Part shown: positions 14,875 through 29,795 of the stretch, piece after piece
Layout: every line of letters starts with the position of its first letter
Numbering within the stretch: the stretch's first letter is position 1
Assembly: GCA_050613775.1 (NCBI GenBank)
Contig: JBODTK010000121.1
Coordinates: 248,001-312,000 of the forward strand
DNA: 64,000 bases
Origin: Neocallimastix sp. 'constans'
Taxonomy: Eukaryota
Reading direction: 5' to 3'
Translations under genes and position numbers: made by a program
Notes under the pieces: generated by a model
Database searches by the model: none
The model's input: the letters and a program-made list of their open reading frames with translations, nothing else
Told to the model about the DNA's origin: nothing

Positions 14875-16102
14875 ATTGATTAAATATACTATCTTTGGAT
14901 AAAACAAACAAACATTTTTTCAAACTCATATCAAACTAATTATTTAAATAAAATGGTTAAAATGGAAGACCTTTTTTTTTTTTAAATTAAATAATTTTTT
15001 TAAAAAGATAATTAGAATTTCCATTAAAAAAATATATATATATATAAAATTTTTACTTAAATAGTTCCCATATTTATATAAAAAAAAGTTCATATAATCA
15101 AAAAAACATTGACAATTTCATTGATTTTTTTTTTTTTTCTTTAAAAAATTTTTTGTTTTTTATTTTAAGAAAAATTTTTAATAATTTTTATTATTATTTT
15201 TTTTAAAATAAAAAAAAAAAAAAAAAAAAAAAGATAAGAAAAGAAAAAAGAAAACATATTTTTCTATATATATTTATATATATATAAAAACATGTAATAT
15301 ATTATATGTAATATCATAATTTAAGAATCATAATATAAAAAACATAATAACCTTAATAAAAATATTTTAAATATATAAACTCCCTTTTTTTTTTTTTTTT
15401 TTTTATTTTAATTTTAAAAAAATAATTAATAGAGTTAAAGAAAGAAAAATGAAGAGAGGAATATATATAGAAAAAAAAAAAAAAAAACTTATTTGTTAGA
15501 TAATTAATATTAACAAAAATAATAAGAAAAAAAATTTTTTTTTTTTATTTTTGAAATATTAAAATAATAAGAAATGATATATAAAGGTATTATTAAATTC
15601 ATTAAGAATAATTGTAATACCAAAATCCAAGGGAAATATGTAATTTAATTTTGATTTTAATTATAAAAAAAAAAAAAAAGTTAAAATTAATGAATAGTAT
15701 AATCACAATTTATTACAATAAATTAAATAATGTATAGTAAAATAAAACAAATAATAATATAATTTGGTTATATTATTATTTATAATTTCGTAAATAAAAA
15801 TTATTAAATATATAATATATAAAATAATTAAAGGAAATTTTTGAAATTTATTATTTAATAGTGTATCCTATTTTTATAACTGATTTTGTTAAGAAACTTA
15901 ATATTTTGATGATGTATTAAAATTTTAATATGAATTTTTAGAGGAGAGCTTTGTGAACACCATCTTATCTATTTTAAAAGATGTTTAAAATCTTTATTTC
16001 ATATTTAAAGGATGATCATGTCACTACATATTGTATACATCACACCGAAATTTTTTTTTTTTTTAACATCTGAACTTATTTTTGTTACATTAAATTTTCT
16101 AA

Positions 16103-17061
16103 ACTTATCTTGCTTTTCTTGATTTGAAAAAGACATATGATTCTGTTCCAATAGGTAATATTTTATATAAATTAGATGCTTTAGGTATTAGAGGTAATTG
16201 TTATCAATTTATAAAAAAAACTATATTTGACCTTCAAAGCCAGTGTTAAAATTGATGATCAATATTCGGAATCTTTTAGTATTATGAAAGGTGTTAGACA
16301 AGGTTATCCACTATCACCAATTCTTTTCAATCTATTTATTAATGACATTATTAATGATTTTTCAGAACTTGGAATTCCTTTAGGCGAATCAATATGTTGT
16401 GGTGGACTCTTTGTAAATGATATTGTTCTATGCGCCCTGTCAAGAACTAAGTTAAAAAAAATAAAAAAAAAATGCTTAAGAAGATAAATGAAGGGGCTAA
16501 ATTTAATATGATGAATTTTGGAATTAACAAGTGTGAAACGATGGTGATTCGACCAGACACACCTCTTTTTCAAAATAAAAGAGATCCTAAATTTCATCTT
16601 GTTGGTCAACTAATCCCAATAACTAAAATTTTATACCTATTTAGGTATACCATTTGATAAAAAAAGCTTATCATTGAACCCTATTGTTAAATTACTTAAC
16701 ACTAACGTCACCAAAGCTCTCTTTTCTGTTAGTAAATTTCTTTCAAATTCCAAAATTCCTCTTCTATTTAAAAAGATTATAATTAACTCCTACGTGCTTA
16801 GTAAATTCTCTTACTTTGCACCTTTACTTGGTTCAAATAAAGAGAGAACAAATAATACTCAGAAGTTAATTAATAAATGATTAAGATGGATTGCAGGTTT
16901 ATACAAAGCCAAATCTTTTTATTACTGTATGTTCTATTTCAAAAGATTTAAATATTCCTCTATTGTCAGCGAAGTGTGCTTTGTTTCAAATCAAATGTTT
17001 TGAAAAATGGAAAGATTCAAATTGTATTATTTCCTATTTAGTTAATAATATTCCAAGATCA
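16103..17061 (+). mobile_element. Non-LTR retrotransposon (LINE-like) reverse transcriptase fragment, degraded and truncated
   Basis: Translated motifs TYLAFLDLKKTYDSVP, KGVRQGYPLSPILFNLFIND, GGLFVNDIVL (decayed FADD) and MNFGINKCETMV, with frameshifts and stops; clade not assigned. Confidence 0.88.
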
Positions 17062-17197
17062 TAATTTCATATCTTAAATTATGATTAATATTGTGAAGTC
17101 AAAAATAATTATTATACTACAGTATAATTATGCCCTTGTGAGGTCTTACTGATATTAATTAAATGAAACTAGAATACATTATACCATTATTTTATTT

Positions 17198-17259
<62 letters not shown>

Positions 17260-17365
17260 TCTTTTATCTTTTTTTCTTTTTATTACATGTATTTTATCAA
17301 CTATTTAATTAATAAAGATGGAACAAATTTGCTGCCTTTAGAAAAAAAAAATTAAATTGTCTATA

Positions 17366-17396
<31 letters not shown>

Positions 17397-19424
17397 TTTT
17401 TATTATTTTTATTATTATTATTATTATTATTGTTGTTTTTATTATTATTTTTATTATTATTATTATAAATATATTAATATAAAAAATTACATTTAATTTT
17501 TTTTTTTTTTTTTTTTTTTTTAGGATGTATTTTTTAGTTAAATATTAATAAATGAAATTTATTCCTAGTCTAAATAAAATAAAAAAAAAAAAATCTTGAA
17601 ATTTCATTAATTAAAACAATGGTAATTAAATCTTTTTACTTTATTAAATATCATTCTTATTAAAATCCTTCTTCTTGTCTTGATATGTTCTCTACTCCCA
17701 TGATTTTATGATATAATTGTTTTGGAATTCAATTCAGCAATGATTTATTACTTCAACCAGTTATATTTAATATCCAATATATAGTTAAGAAATCTTTATT
17801 CTCATTCTTCAATTTTTTTAATGAGCAACAAGGTTACCTTTTAATTTTTTTTAAAAAAACATATTTACAATCATATATTATCAATAGAGCTCACAAATAT
17901 GTCTCTTTACCTGGTTCCAGTAAAGTTCTTATTAGGAGTTTTCAATTTTTAATTAATACTGATATGCTATGGTGTCTTGGTTCATCTCATAATATCAATT
18001 AGGAAATCAATAAATCATAGAATGTTTTATCTTGTAAAAGTTACATTAAAAGAAATTTTACTATTAGTACTTATGTCCTTTCTCGAGACCTTCTTATTTT
18101 CCCTTATTTTCAGTTTATGTTGGTGATTGTAAATTAAATGCTTCTGTAAATGAATAAAATCTAGAAGTTTCATTATAAAAAATCATATTAAATATATTCC
18201 GATTATGAGTCAATATTCATGGATCATACTCCTTATAAAGAAAAAATCAAGACGAAAGAAAAATCAAAAAATTTTTTATAATGTTATTACAGTGTATTAA
18301 TTAGATATAATGACAAAACAAAAAAAATATTAAAGGAAAAAATTATGATAAAACCAAAGTTCATTCACACTAAAATTTATTCAATCATAGATGTAAAATT
18401 ACTAATTTTTTGTTTAGGTTATAATTACATTTTTTTTTATTTTTAATGTAATCAATATTTAAATTATTTTAATAATGGATAAATAAAACAATGGAAATGC
18501 CTTCTTTTCAAGGTCTAAAAGAAATTTTTTATTCCAAAAGAAAGGTCAATTAGACAATAATAAAAAAAAAAAAAAAAAAAAAAGAAAGGATTTTTTTTGC
18601 AGATTGGAATTATAATTTTTATACAAAAATAAAAATAATTCGATATTCATTTAAATTTATTATTAAAATATTTAATTATTTATTAATTTATATATATATA
18701 TTTAAATTTATTAAGAATTTTATTTTTTTAAACTCTTAATATAAAATTATATGAAATTTTAAACCAGTTTAGGGTTTCCAATGTTCCTTATAAAGTAAAA
18801 TTATTGATTATCTAACAAAAACTATATCAAATCATTAGTTATTACTTTTGAGATATTATAATAATAGAATAATAATAATAATAATAATAAAAAGCATTCA
18901 TTAATACAAAAGTCAGCGTTTAATAGATGTTGCAAAGATAAATTTCTTATTCTGTTACTGGTTTTTCAAGTTCATTATTAAAAAAAATTTTTTTTTTAAA
19001 ATTTATTGGAATTGAATCTCCTAATAATATTTCTCTTGGTTTAGAGGAGAATTTAGTGAACGATATATAATCAACTTTACTGAAGTTATTTTTTTTTTTT
19101 TATATTTTATATTATTAATTTTTTTTTTAAAGTAAAAATAATTACATATATATTGTGATACTTAAAATTACTCTAAAAACTATTTATTATATTTTTATAA
19201 TATTACATTAATTTTTATTTTTATAAAAATTTTATTATATTTATTTATTTTAATTTTATTTTTTACATAATATTTCAATTTAAATCATATATTTATAATG
19301 CATTTTTATTTATAAGTTTAATTAATATATTTAAATATTAATAAAAAGTAATTAAAGTACTGGAATTGTTATTTTATTAAAGTTTTAAAAAAGATTATTT
19401 CTAATAATAAGAAAAAAATTTCTT

Positions 19425-19461
<37 letters not shown>

Positions 19462-19917
19462 AGGATTCAGAGTTTAATTATTATAAAATAAAGGTAATAA
19501 AATTTCTACTCATAACTGTATCAATTAACTTTAAAATAAATACAAAAATTAAAGGAAAAAATAAAAAAAAAATGTTAACAATAAAATAAAACATAAAATA
19601 ATAAAAAAAAATAAGAAACTATATAAATATAAAAAAAAAATATAAATATAAAATAAAAAATAAAAATAATAAAAATAACAAAAATAATAAAAATAATAAA
19701 AATATAAAAAAATGATAAAAATAATATAAATATAAAAAAAAATAATAATAATTAACTCCCTCTATTATTTATCTATTTTATTTTTTCTCTAATTTATCCT
19801 GAAGAGGTTTTTTATAATTATTATATTCTAATAATTTACAAAGTAGAATTATTAAAATTATGATATTATTGTACTACTACTTTTTTATAAATTAAAATTA
19901 TATATTATTGTGTTATC

Positions 19918-19967
<50 letters not shown>

Positions 19968-20139
19968 ATTTTATTTTTATTTATTTAAAATTATTTTATT
20001 GTAATACTTTACTTTTTTATACTACTTCACTATTTATTTTATCTTATTTCATTTTATTTTATTTTATTTTATTTTTATTTTATTTTTATTTTAGGTTTAT
20101 TCATTTTAAATTTTAATCTTTTTAAAAATAAAAAAAAAA

Positions 20140-20380
20140 TAAAGTATTAATAAAAATAAAATAAATATAATAGTGAAGTAGTTTAAAAGAGTAAAGTATT
20201 AATAAAAATAAAATAAATATAATAGTGAAGTAGTTTAAAAGAGTAAAGTATTAATAAAAATAAAATAAATATAATAGTGAAGTAGTTTAAAAGAGTAAAG
20301 TATTAATAAAAATAAAATAAATATAATAGTGAAGTAGTTTAAAAGAGTAAAGTATTAATAAAAATAAAATAAAATATAGC
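20140..20380. repeat. 52-bp tandem repeat x4 (TAGTGAAGTAGTTTAAAAGAGTAAAGTATTAATAAAAAT...), same family as the 3.8-5.0 kb array
   Basis: Unit starts at 20171, 20223, 20275, 20327. Confidence 0.92.
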
Positions 20381-23220
20381 AAAATTGAAAAAAATGAAAT
20401 TCGAAAAACATTTCAATATTTAATATTGTATTATTAAGGTTTTATTGTATTTAAGTAAATATATATATAGATATATATATAATAATCATTTAACGTTTAT
20501 CTATAGATTTACCAAATTACATAGAAGAATGAAGTTATAAAAAATATACATCGTAAGTAAATTATATATATATATATATATATAAATTTTTTTACTAAAT
20601 GAAATAAATGAAATTCATAGTAGAAAGTTCATTAATATTTTTATATAAAATAAAGTTTTTTTTTTTAATAAAAACTTTAATTTTTTTTTTTTTAATAATT
20701 CAATTAATCGAAAAAAAAGTTATTAAGTCATATAAATATAAATACAAATAATATCTCAATTTATTAAGATATTGGTTATATCTTTTAACAATTTATTTCT
20801 TTGATTGGTTTAAGGAAGAGATCTTTGCTTAGATTTTGTTTTTTTTTTGATTAGGTTGAGGGAGATATTTTTAGTGAATTTTATTCTTTGATTAGAATAA
20901 GGGAGATATTTTTTATTATATTAATTTCAGTCGATCTAAAAATTTATTTATCTATTTATTTATTATTTAAATACAATACAAAGATAATTTTTACATTATA
21001 TTTAAAGTTTATATTTTAGATTGTGTTTTAAGAGTTTAATGAAATTTAATGATTTGTTAAGTATGCTGTTTATATTATTCTATAATAATATTAATAAAAT
21101 TTTTATGATTTAGTTATAAATGAAATTATAATAATAAATAATAATAATAATAAAAAACTAATTAAGCTATCTAATAATAAGTTTTAGTTATGATTATAGT
21201 TTAGAATATAATGTAATAATAAGGTTTTCATGGTGTTCACAATATTTATTTTATTTTATAATAATTTTATGTACAAAAATTTTAATTGGAGTTCATAGTT
21301 TCATTTCCATACTCGTAATATAGATCAAAATATATAAAAATTAATTCATTAATATCAATACATAAATACATAAATGCATAAATAGATAAAACAAATAAAT
21401 AAATAAATAAATAAATGAACAAATAAACAAATACAAATACAGATAAATACAAATATATTAATAAATACATATTTATGTAAATATAATATAGAAATAAAAT
21501 TTTTTTCAAAAACAGGAAAAGTTGAATGGGAGATATATCAATTCTAGAAGTTTAAAATACATTTTAATTTTATTTTTATTATAAAATTTTACTGTGTTTA
21601 GTTATACAACATCAAAATTTAAAAACAATTAAAAGTGAAGAACATATATATTTTTCTTAAATATCATATAATATTAATAATATCAATATTATTATTATTT
21701 ATTCTATCAATAAACAACATTAATAATTATAAATTTATAATTTATAATTATATTCAATGATTGGAAAAATTGAAATAAATCTAAATAACGAAAAAAAAAA
21801 AAAAAAAACAAAATTGTATTATAAAAATTCATTAATATTAAAAAAAAAAAACTTCAATTTTTTAATTTTAGTTTTGATCGATCATTTATATTTTAATATT
21901 TTTTAATATAATTGATATATAAAAGGAAATTATAAACTTTAATTATTAATAAAATACCTTAATTAATTTTAGTACGTGATATAATATGATAAAATAAACT
22001 TATGTTATAACATAAATTTATTGTTAATAGTTTATATAAATATTTTTTATTTAAAATTTTAATATGTATTTATTATGCTTTTAATATTATATTTTTATTA
22101 TATTTATATTTATATGCTATATATTTTAAAAAAGTTTATATCATAAGAATACATTATTAATTAGGGTGTTTAATTTGCTTAATTTATTTTAAACAATTTA
22201 TTTTACACAAATATATTTCATAATAATTATACTTTTGCACATTAGTCGAAGTTTGCTTTTTGTTAATTTACTCTGTACCTATATTTTTATTTTAATTTAA
22301 TATCAAAACTAATACAATAGTTTAATAATTAATTAATAAAAATATCAAGAAAAAATTAAAAACTAAAAAAGTTACATCACTACATAATTATATTTTAATA
22401 CTTTAATATTATGTATATTTAATTATTATAAAAATTTAATTATTATAGATTTTTAATATACATATTAAAAGTTTTAAAATTCATAATCCGTAATTTATTA
22501 GATAATTTATATATATATATATTTATTTAATATATTTATTAATTATTAAAATAAGTTTAATAGTAAAAAAATAAATATAAAGTTTGAATTATATAAAATA
22601 ATTATTATTATTATTACTATTATTATTATTATTACTAACTGATCTTTTTATTATTTATCTATCTATATTATTATTATTATTAACATATCTTTTTGTTTTA
22701 TCTATCTATATTCAAAGAATTCTATTGTATATTTGTTATGAAATGAATATTAATTCAAGTTATATTCTTTTTATATAATATACATATTTTTTCTAATTGT
22801 AATATTTATTAATGTTTTCATTAAATTATTTATTTTCTATTCTATATACTTTTAAATTTATTAAATAATTAAAAATTAATATATTTTTTAATTATTTCAA
22901 TTTGTTATTTTTTTTTTTTTTTTTTTTGATTTCAATTTGTTATTTTTTTTTTTTTTTTTTTTTTGAACGTTTTTAATAAAAATATATATAAGTAAATAAA
23001 GTAATATTATTATATGTGTACAAATTTATATAATATTTTATTATAATTATTATTTTAGGATTATATCTTTTTATTATAGATAAAGAATAAAAAATTTTAT
23101 GTTAAATAATTTTTATATATAAATATTAAATATATATAATTATTCACAATTTAGCATCTATCTTCATTTAAATTATTATTATTAATTTTAAATTAAATAA
23201 AATTTTACAAATATCATTTG

Positions 23221-23253
<33 letters not shown>

Positions 23254-23419
23254 TTTTTTATTTTTTTTCTTCTTACTTATAATTTATATTAAAAATTTTA
23301 GAATTATAAAATTTTTTTTTTCCTTTTTTCTTTTGATTTTTCAAAAATTATTAATGGAAATTAAATTATAATTATATGGTCGTATGGCAGAATTTTATTT
23401 TTTTTTTTTAATTCTTTAA

Positions 23420-24898
23420 TTATTTATTATAGTTACTAACGTAATAATATTTCGAATTGTTTGAGTTTTCATAATTAGTATAATTATAATTATATGTTCG
23501 AATACCAGAAACTTTAGAAATTTTGGGTGTATTATTAATTGATTTTTGCTCATCAGGATTATAGGATGAATTATCCATATAATTTGTAAATGGTGGGTGT
23601 TTTGATGAGAAAGATTTTGATCTTTGTGAACTTTTAGAACCTATTTGATTTTTTGAAGTTGTGGATGATTCCTGTTGACTCGTAGTTGAAGGAAATGAAT
23701 TTAATGGTTGTTTTGATATTAATGAACCGTAAGAATCCTTATATGTAGAACTAGTATTATAATTATCCGAGGAATCATTATTATTTTTGGATAAAAATAA
23801 AGTATCAGGAATTGAGGTAGTTGAATTTGAATTGGAATAAATATTGCCATATGGTGCTACTTCACAATAATCTGAAGACATTTTAGTGTAAGATTTAAGG
23901 TGACTAACTGAGGTATTAGGATTGGAAAAATTAGAAGCAACAATTTTATTATTTCTAGCAAATCGACGAAGTAATATTTGATCTATATAAATAAAAGAAT
24001 AGTTGAAACTAAGTACAACTTGGCGAAGTTGTTCTACTGAGCTATCTGTCATGATATGTTTCTTATTTCCATTATCACCCACATATTCATTGATAACCAT
24101 TACAACAAAGAATGCAACAAAAGGTAAAAAGACAATGGATATTATCATAGATGTAATAATACGGAATTCAGATATTTGTCTAAATTTTTCAATGAAAGGA
24201 TTTGCTAAGTATCTCCTTGTTTTTTCTATTTTATATAAAACTCCCTTTTTTAATGTGTATACAACAGCTAAGTTGTACAAACAACTTGCTACTTCAATGA
24301 AGAACACTGTTGTCCACCATGCCATATTATAATTATTTAAATCTAGAACTAATTTGTCATTTTCATCTTTTATTCTTAAATCCATTGGATTATGAATGAA
24401 ATAAGTCCACATTCCAACTACCTTTGTTAAATTAAAGAGAATACAAGTACAAAAAACTAGTCTTATTTTGTTTTTATTCCTTGTTACTGCCTTTGTTCTC
24501 AATAGAAGATACCAGTCACCAATAATTTCACCAGTTAACCAAAAGATGTGAGCAATAGCATTACTTATCAACCAATTTTTTGATGAATATGGCCAATAAT
24601 AATCATTGACTTTTGGATTTAAATTCATTAAACCTCTTAAAAAATCACCAGTTGCTCTAAATAACCAATGCCCTATTAATACAAGATTAACTGGTTTATG
24701 CCAGGAACCATCACCTACCAATAAAATTAAACATACCCATGGAAAAAAAGGACTACATAGGTAAGAATTAATAATACCTTGATAACTATCTACCAATTTA
24801 TTTTCATAAACTTCTACATTAGGACCTAATGCATCAACATTAAATACAGCTGTATCATTAACATAAGCCTTTTCGGCATAATGTATAATATCTTGCAT
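23420..24898 (-). CDS. Seven-transmembrane receptor-like protein, paralogue 1 (492 aa, long Ser/Asn-rich C-tail)
   Basis: Intact single-exon ORF with AAAA-ATG context; seven hydrophobic segments by eye; family motifs FPW, HWLFRATGD, YWPYS, GEIIGDWY, RTKAV, KFRQISEFRI, EQLRQVVLSFNY, DQILL. Confidence 0.88.
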   Translation of the reverse strand: MQDIIHYAEKAYVNDTAVFNVDALGPNVEVYENKLVDSYQGIINSYLCSPFFPWVCLILLVGDGSWHKPVNLVLIGHWLFRATGDFLRGLMNLNPKVNDYYWPYSSKNWLISNAIAHIFWLTGEIIGDWYLLLRTKAVTRNKNKIRLVFCTCILFNLTKVVGMWTYFIHNPMDLRIKDENDKLVLDLNNYNMAWWTTVFFIEVASCLYNLAVVYTLKKGVLYKIEKTRRYLANPFIEKFRQISEFRIITSMIISIVFLPFVAFFVVMVINEYVGDNGNKKHIMTDSSVEQLRQVVLSFNYSFIYIDQILLRRFARNNKIVASNFSNPNTSVSHLKSYTKMSSDYCEVAPYGNIYSNSNSTTSIPDTLFLSKNNNDSSDNYNTSSTYKDSYGSLISKQPLNSFPSTTSQQESSTTSKNQIGSKSSQRSKSFSSKHPPFTNYMDNSSYNPDEQKSINNTPKISKVSGIRTYNYNYTNYENSNNSKYYYVSNYNK

Positions 24899-27800
24899 TT
24901 TTTTTTTCTATTCTCTATTTTCTATATTCTCTAATTCACTTTATTTATTATTTTATTATTATTTTATTATTATTTTATTATTATTTTATTATTATTTTAT
25001 TATTATTTTATTATTTAATTATTTAGTAAGTTCATATATAATAAATTTATTTTTAATGTATATCTATAAAAGTTTAAATTATTATTTGTTTTATAATATA
25101 TGTATCTTTAAATATTTACAATAATTATATATACACTATTAAAAATATATTTACTTTTTATTTTTATTAAAAAAAAAATGAAATTGCTTATTTAAAGGAA
25201 ATCTTTTTTTATTTATATCTATTTTGAAACATAATAAATCATATTAGAACACATTACTACCCTATTAAACCACTCAAATTTTAAATTAGTTATTTCCATA
25301 TTTATTATGATTACTATAAAATTTTATTTTTATTGTTTTTTTTTTTTTTTTTTTTTTATTATAAATTTTTTTTTTATTTTCATTTTAACTAATATATAAA
25401 TGTTAATTAAATTATCAATTAAAATTAAAAATATGAAAGTTTCTGCCTTATTAAATTGTTTATCAATTAAAATTTTAAATATAATATTGATTTTATTGTT
25501 ATAATATTGTAATATTAATACCATAAATATATAAATAATTTCATATTTCAAAGTTTAATGAATAAAAATTTTAGTTACAAAAGATAAAAAAGGAAAATGA
25601 AAAGATAAAGAAAAAAAAAAAAGATAAAAAAAAAAAAAAGAAAAGGAAAGATATATATATTAGAGTTCTTTTCAAAACTTTTTTTTACTTTAAATAAATA
25701 TCTAATTAAAAAATAATATATTTAATTTAAATTTAAATTTTGAATTTAAACATAAAATATAAAAAAAAAATAAAATTTTGCCATAAAATCTTTACATTCT
25801 TTTTTTTATTAAATTAATAATTTAAATAAAAATATTGATTAAATTATTGTTATATATTGCAATTTACTAATATTATATATATTAATATATTAATCAATTT
25901 TTAAAATTTTGAATTTTTTACAATTTTATGTTAAAAAAAAAAAAAAAAAAATTAAAAGATTATTATTAATAAAAATTGTTATTATTAATAATTTCTATTT
26001 TTTTTTTTTTTTGTTTTTTTTTTAAAATAAATAAAAAATAAAATTTAAATTTTAAATTTTAAATTTTTTTTACATAATTTTCTAATTAATCTAATAAATT
26101 TGTGTAATGTCAAGTATTAATTTGTGTTACATTATTTAAATTTTAATTTTTTAAATATTATTGAATTCAATTGTACTTAATACGTTTTTTTTTTTTTTTG
26201 AGTAGATCTAATTGAATTTTAAAACAAATTAAAAATTTTATAGTACTAAATCAATATAAAGAAAAACAGAAAAACAAATTAAAAAAATTTTTAGTAAATT
26301 AATAAAATAAATAAATAAATAAATAATATATATGTAAGTAAATAAATATATATATAAAATATAAATAAATTTTATTATATTTTATTTTAATATATTATTT
26401 CAACTATTTGTCTTATTATTTTTTTATTTTTATTTTATTGTATTTTTTTTTTTTTGTAATTTTTTTATGTGCATTTTTATTTCTTAACATTAAAATTATA
26501 AAATATTTAGCAAATAACAATTTTAAATATAATTATCATTATTATTTACATAATCGTCATCGTTATTGTTCTTATATATATGTATATATGAGAATTCTTT
26601 ACTCATTTTTATTTAAATATTTTTTATTTTATTTTTATTTTTTTTATATTTAATTTAAATTAAAATTATAAAATTATTTAATATTTAAAAAAAAAATTCA
26701 AATAAAGTTTTTACTTATTTATATATGAATTAGTACTTATGTATTTTTATTATTATTTTATTTTATTATTTTCTATTTATATATATTACTATATGATATT
26801 TTATTAATTAGTAACAATTTTTCTTTGTAAATTATTTATAATCATTCTTTTAAACATTCATAAATGTATGTAACAAGTCACGTCACAATAGAAAAGTAAA
26901 AATATAATAGCTTATTCATTTTTTTTTTTATATAAAGATCATTTTTCCATCTAATTAATATTGAAACTTTAAAACTATTTAACTATTTTTTTTTATCTTA
27001 ATATATATTATTTATATTATTTATTTTAAAAAACCAAAAATAAAACAAAACAAAACAAAAAACTAAAAAAAAAAAATTTTTTTATCGATTTTTCTTAATT
27101 GATATTTCGAAATTATGTTAAATAATTATATATATATATATAATTTTTTGTGTGTAAATATATTTAGTTATTATAAAAAGTGTCGTTTTAAAATAAATAA
27201 TTTTGTGTAATTAATTAATTAATAAGTAAATAAATAAATTACGTTGAATAAGATATTAATAAAAATATAGTAGTAATAATAATAATAATAAAATAATTAA
27301 TAATATTTAATTATGAAAGTATGTTAATATATATTTATATATATTTTAAATTTCATAACTATTTAAAAATATTAAGAAATTTTTAATAAATTTTCTATTT
27401 GTTTATTATTATTATTATTATTATTTTAATTATTTATTATAAATTAGTATTTATATCATTTGAATTGATTAAACTATAATTCAACAATACCTATCATTAT
27501 TTTTGTAATTTCCAATTAAAACATATTAAATTCATTAGTTCTTCTTAATATATATATATATATATATATATTTTTTTTAAATTTCTCCAATTTTCCTTTA
27601 GTAATCATTATAAGATAAGTATTCTTTTTTTGATCTTTATAATATGTATTATTTTTATTATTTTTTAAAAAATTCTATTAATCTAATTATTTTAATTCTG
27701 AATAATTAATTTTTCAGTTTAATGTTAACTGATATATATATAAAATGTTAAATAAAATTTTATTTATTTATTATTAATATTTAGTTATTTATTCTTTTAT

Positions 27801-28892
27801 TATTTTTATTATTTTTATTAGCTATATTTATAATTATTTGTTATTTATTAATTATTTAGTTGCTTATTTTGAATAAAATAATATTAACTATTCAGATTTT
27901 TTAATGAAATAATTAGTATTTATAATAGTGTTTTATTTTTGATGATTAATATTTAAAATAATTAACCCATTTATATATTTTAAATTATTATTTATTATTT
28001 TAATATATATATATAGGGTATATTGCATTTGTGCATTTTCCAATGTGGCGTATTTTCGTATGTGGCTTGTTCTTTAATAATTAAATAAATAATAAATATT
28101 CTTTTTTATATATAATTTATTAATATTCAATTGTAAAAATAATTTTTTATAAAAAAATTAATTTTGTAAAATTCTTTTTTATTAGAATATATTATTATTT
28201 CTTTTGAAATAATTATTTAATAATATTTAATTGAAAAAATATATTATTATTTTTTTTGAAATAATTATTTAATAATATTTAATAGCAAAAATATATTATT
28301 ATTTTTTTTGAAATAATTATTTAAAAATATTTAATTGTAAAAAAATATTATTATTTCCTTTAAGATAATCATGAATATTTATTTAAAAATATTAAAATTT
28401 TAAACAATTATTTTAATTAATTAAAAAATCCAATTTACTTATTTTTATTTTTTTTTATTATGAATTATTTTAACTATTAATTAATTGTAATTCGATAAAT
28501 TTTATTGATCATTTTCATTTGGTCATTTTTTCGTTAAATACTAATTATTTATTTTTTAATTAATAATTTTTAATATTTAAATATCTTAAACACTTCAACC
28601 ATAATTCAACGAATTCATTTTTTTTTTTTTTTCTTTTTTTAATGGAATTTCTATATTTTTGTAATATTTAATTAAGGCATTTATTTCATTAGTTCATCTT
28701 AATTTTTTTTGGTATTTATTTAAATATGTTTATTACATTTTTTTTATTCAATTATTTAATTATTTAATTATTTAATTATTTATATATTTATTATGTTTGT
28801 ATAGAATATCTTAAAAATGTATGACTTTATTATAAAATATATTTATAAGCTATATTTCGAAATGTACGATTGCTTAATGCACCACATTCATA

Positions 28893-28932
<40 letters not shown>

Positions 28933-29507
28933 TAATTTTTAATTATTTCTTTTTTCGTATTATAATTTTTTCATTAAAGCAACAAATATATTGATATATT
29001 ATAAATAATTAAGAAAAAAAAAGATAATTAAGTAAAGAATAATTAACATATATTTGAATTGTCATATTAAGATAATTCAAATATATATATTAGAATGTTT
29101 TTATTTATGGTACCTTTGTAGGAATTAATGATATTGGATTTGTTACTAAAACTACTATTATAAATTATTATTATTATTCAAATAGAAAATTTATTTTATA
29201 TTAATTAAAAAATATATCATGATATACATATAAATATGGGTTTAAATTTTAAAAATTTTAATTATTTTTATTTAAACACTTTTATTTATTTCTAATAATA
29301 AACTGATAACTACGGCTCTCTTTTAATTCTCAAAATATCAATACAAGAACCTTTTGCGGTAAGCTTATTTTAGATTACATTCACATTATTACTATAATAT
29401 TTATTGTTTCTAAGCAATATATATATATATAAAATGCATAAAAATAAAATACATGAATTTTTTTACATTAATATTAAAAAACTACATTATAAGTTTTGAG
29501 GATGAAA

Positions 29508-29795
29508 TGACCTCTTACTCCTCCCATTCATTGATGATAACTCCATGTGGGTAAAAATTATCATTCAAATACGTGTCAGAATTTCTTCTTTGCCTTGTCG
29601 TGTCGACATCGACGCTCTTGATAACGGTAGGTCTATTGGCAATACAAATTGATCATAGTGCAAAAATCACTAATCACAATAGGTATAATATTGATAAGGA
29701 ATTCCGCAAGCCCCACAAAATCTGAATTTGGGAAAGTAGACACTCTCTAAGGTGATTGAATTATGAATAACATAAAATTACTAATTACATTATAA
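29508..29795 (-). repeat. Dispersed decayed coding-derived repeat, copy 2
   Basis: Homologous to 6090-6356 and 44905-45240; translates FCGACGIPYQYYTYCD and, in another frame, VIKSVDVDTTR...IINEWEE. Confidence 0.7.

Noticed and set aside
17640..18260. Moderately complex tracts (also about 3090-3330 and 51400-51720) that look like decayed coding DNA
   Set aside because: The frames examined are interrupted and show no recognisable motif; cannot be assigned without TBLASTX
28016..28890. Possible degenerate MITE (AATGTGGCG-type subrepeats at left, inverted ATGCACCACATT at right, TA-run flanks; similar words at about 37311 and 37782)
   Set aside because: Terminal similarity too short and degenerate, with no definable TSD
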